Position numbers and translations under genes: made by a program. Positions 63,495 through 64,000 of a DNA stretch of 64,000 bases are shown here, piece after piece. The notes below the pieces were generated by a model. The model was not told where the DNA came from. It saw only the letters and a program-made list of their open reading frames with translations, and made no database searches. The stretch lies in contig MU058781.1 of NCBI GenBank assembly GCA_013265495.1, forward strand, positions 3,845,050-3,909,049, given 5' to 3'. Position 1 is the stretch's first letter, and every line of letters begins with the position of its first letter. The stretch comes from Vicugna vicugna (Eukaryota).

Positions 63495-63660
63495 CAAATG
63501 TTAAGGCTGGAAAGATTTCAGAGATCACAGTCCAACTGCTTTATTTCACAGACGGTAAAACGGAGGCTCTGAGAAAAGGTCAGCGGAGTCACATGACACG
63601 TGCTAGAGCCAAGTTCTAACCAAAGCCTTTGAAGCCCAGGTCTGCTTTTTACCCTACACT
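63495..63660 (-). mobile_element. MIR/MIR3 fragment
   Basis: ggctggaaagatttcagagatcacagtccaac...tttcacagacggtaaaacggaggctctgaga. Confidence 0.6.
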
Positions 63661-64000
63661 TCCCTGCCACTCCGGCAGCATCAGCCACCTTCTGTTTTCT
63701 ATGTGGATCATCAAGTTATGGACAATAAAATATGCAGCTGGACAGACATGATTTTATTCTAGCTGTAAAAATACGTAATGAAGACAAGAAATAATCATCG
63801 GAAGTATTCCACCTCCCTCTTTGTTCTGGAGAAGTGAGATCAAAGCATTTGGGTACCAAAATCTTATCCATAAAGCAAATACTAAGAGCTTTATCATGCA
63901 CAAACAATCAGGTAGTTGTGGTCATTAGGAAAAGGAGAAAGGGTATTGAGGTGAGAAGTGACAAATTATCAGAATCTGGAGACTCTCACATCTATCTCTT

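Overview
Mammalian genomic DNA, most likely a camelid, judged from a tRNA-derived Vic-1-like SINE and cetartiodactyl-type L1 3' tails. The window holds one recognisable protein-coding gene, RNF182 (+ strand). It has a CpG-island promoter at ~24.3-25.3 kb, a long repeat-rich first intron, a probable non-coding middle exon near 51.4-51.5 kb, and a terminal exon from 54150. That exon carries the whole 247-aa RING/two-TM E3 ligase CDS (54365-55108) and a ~2.2 kb 3'UTR. The rest is intergenic or intronic DNA with L1, L2, MIR, ERVL/MaLR LTRs, hAT and Tigger DNA transposons and microsatellites. I see no convincing novel gene system, and the other listed ORFs look like chance or repeat-derived frames. 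The best leads are regulatory or structural: a dense uORF cluster in front of the RNF182 start codon, a candidate 5'UTR exon formed from an ancient sense L1, a composite RFX X-box/CRE in the promoter, a TCF/SOX motif cluster ~5 kb upstream, a templated-insertion scar at 43.5-45.1 kb, and a chimeric L1 junction that may mark an intronic deletion. Repeat family names and boundaries come from recalled consensus sequences, not a RepeatMasker run.
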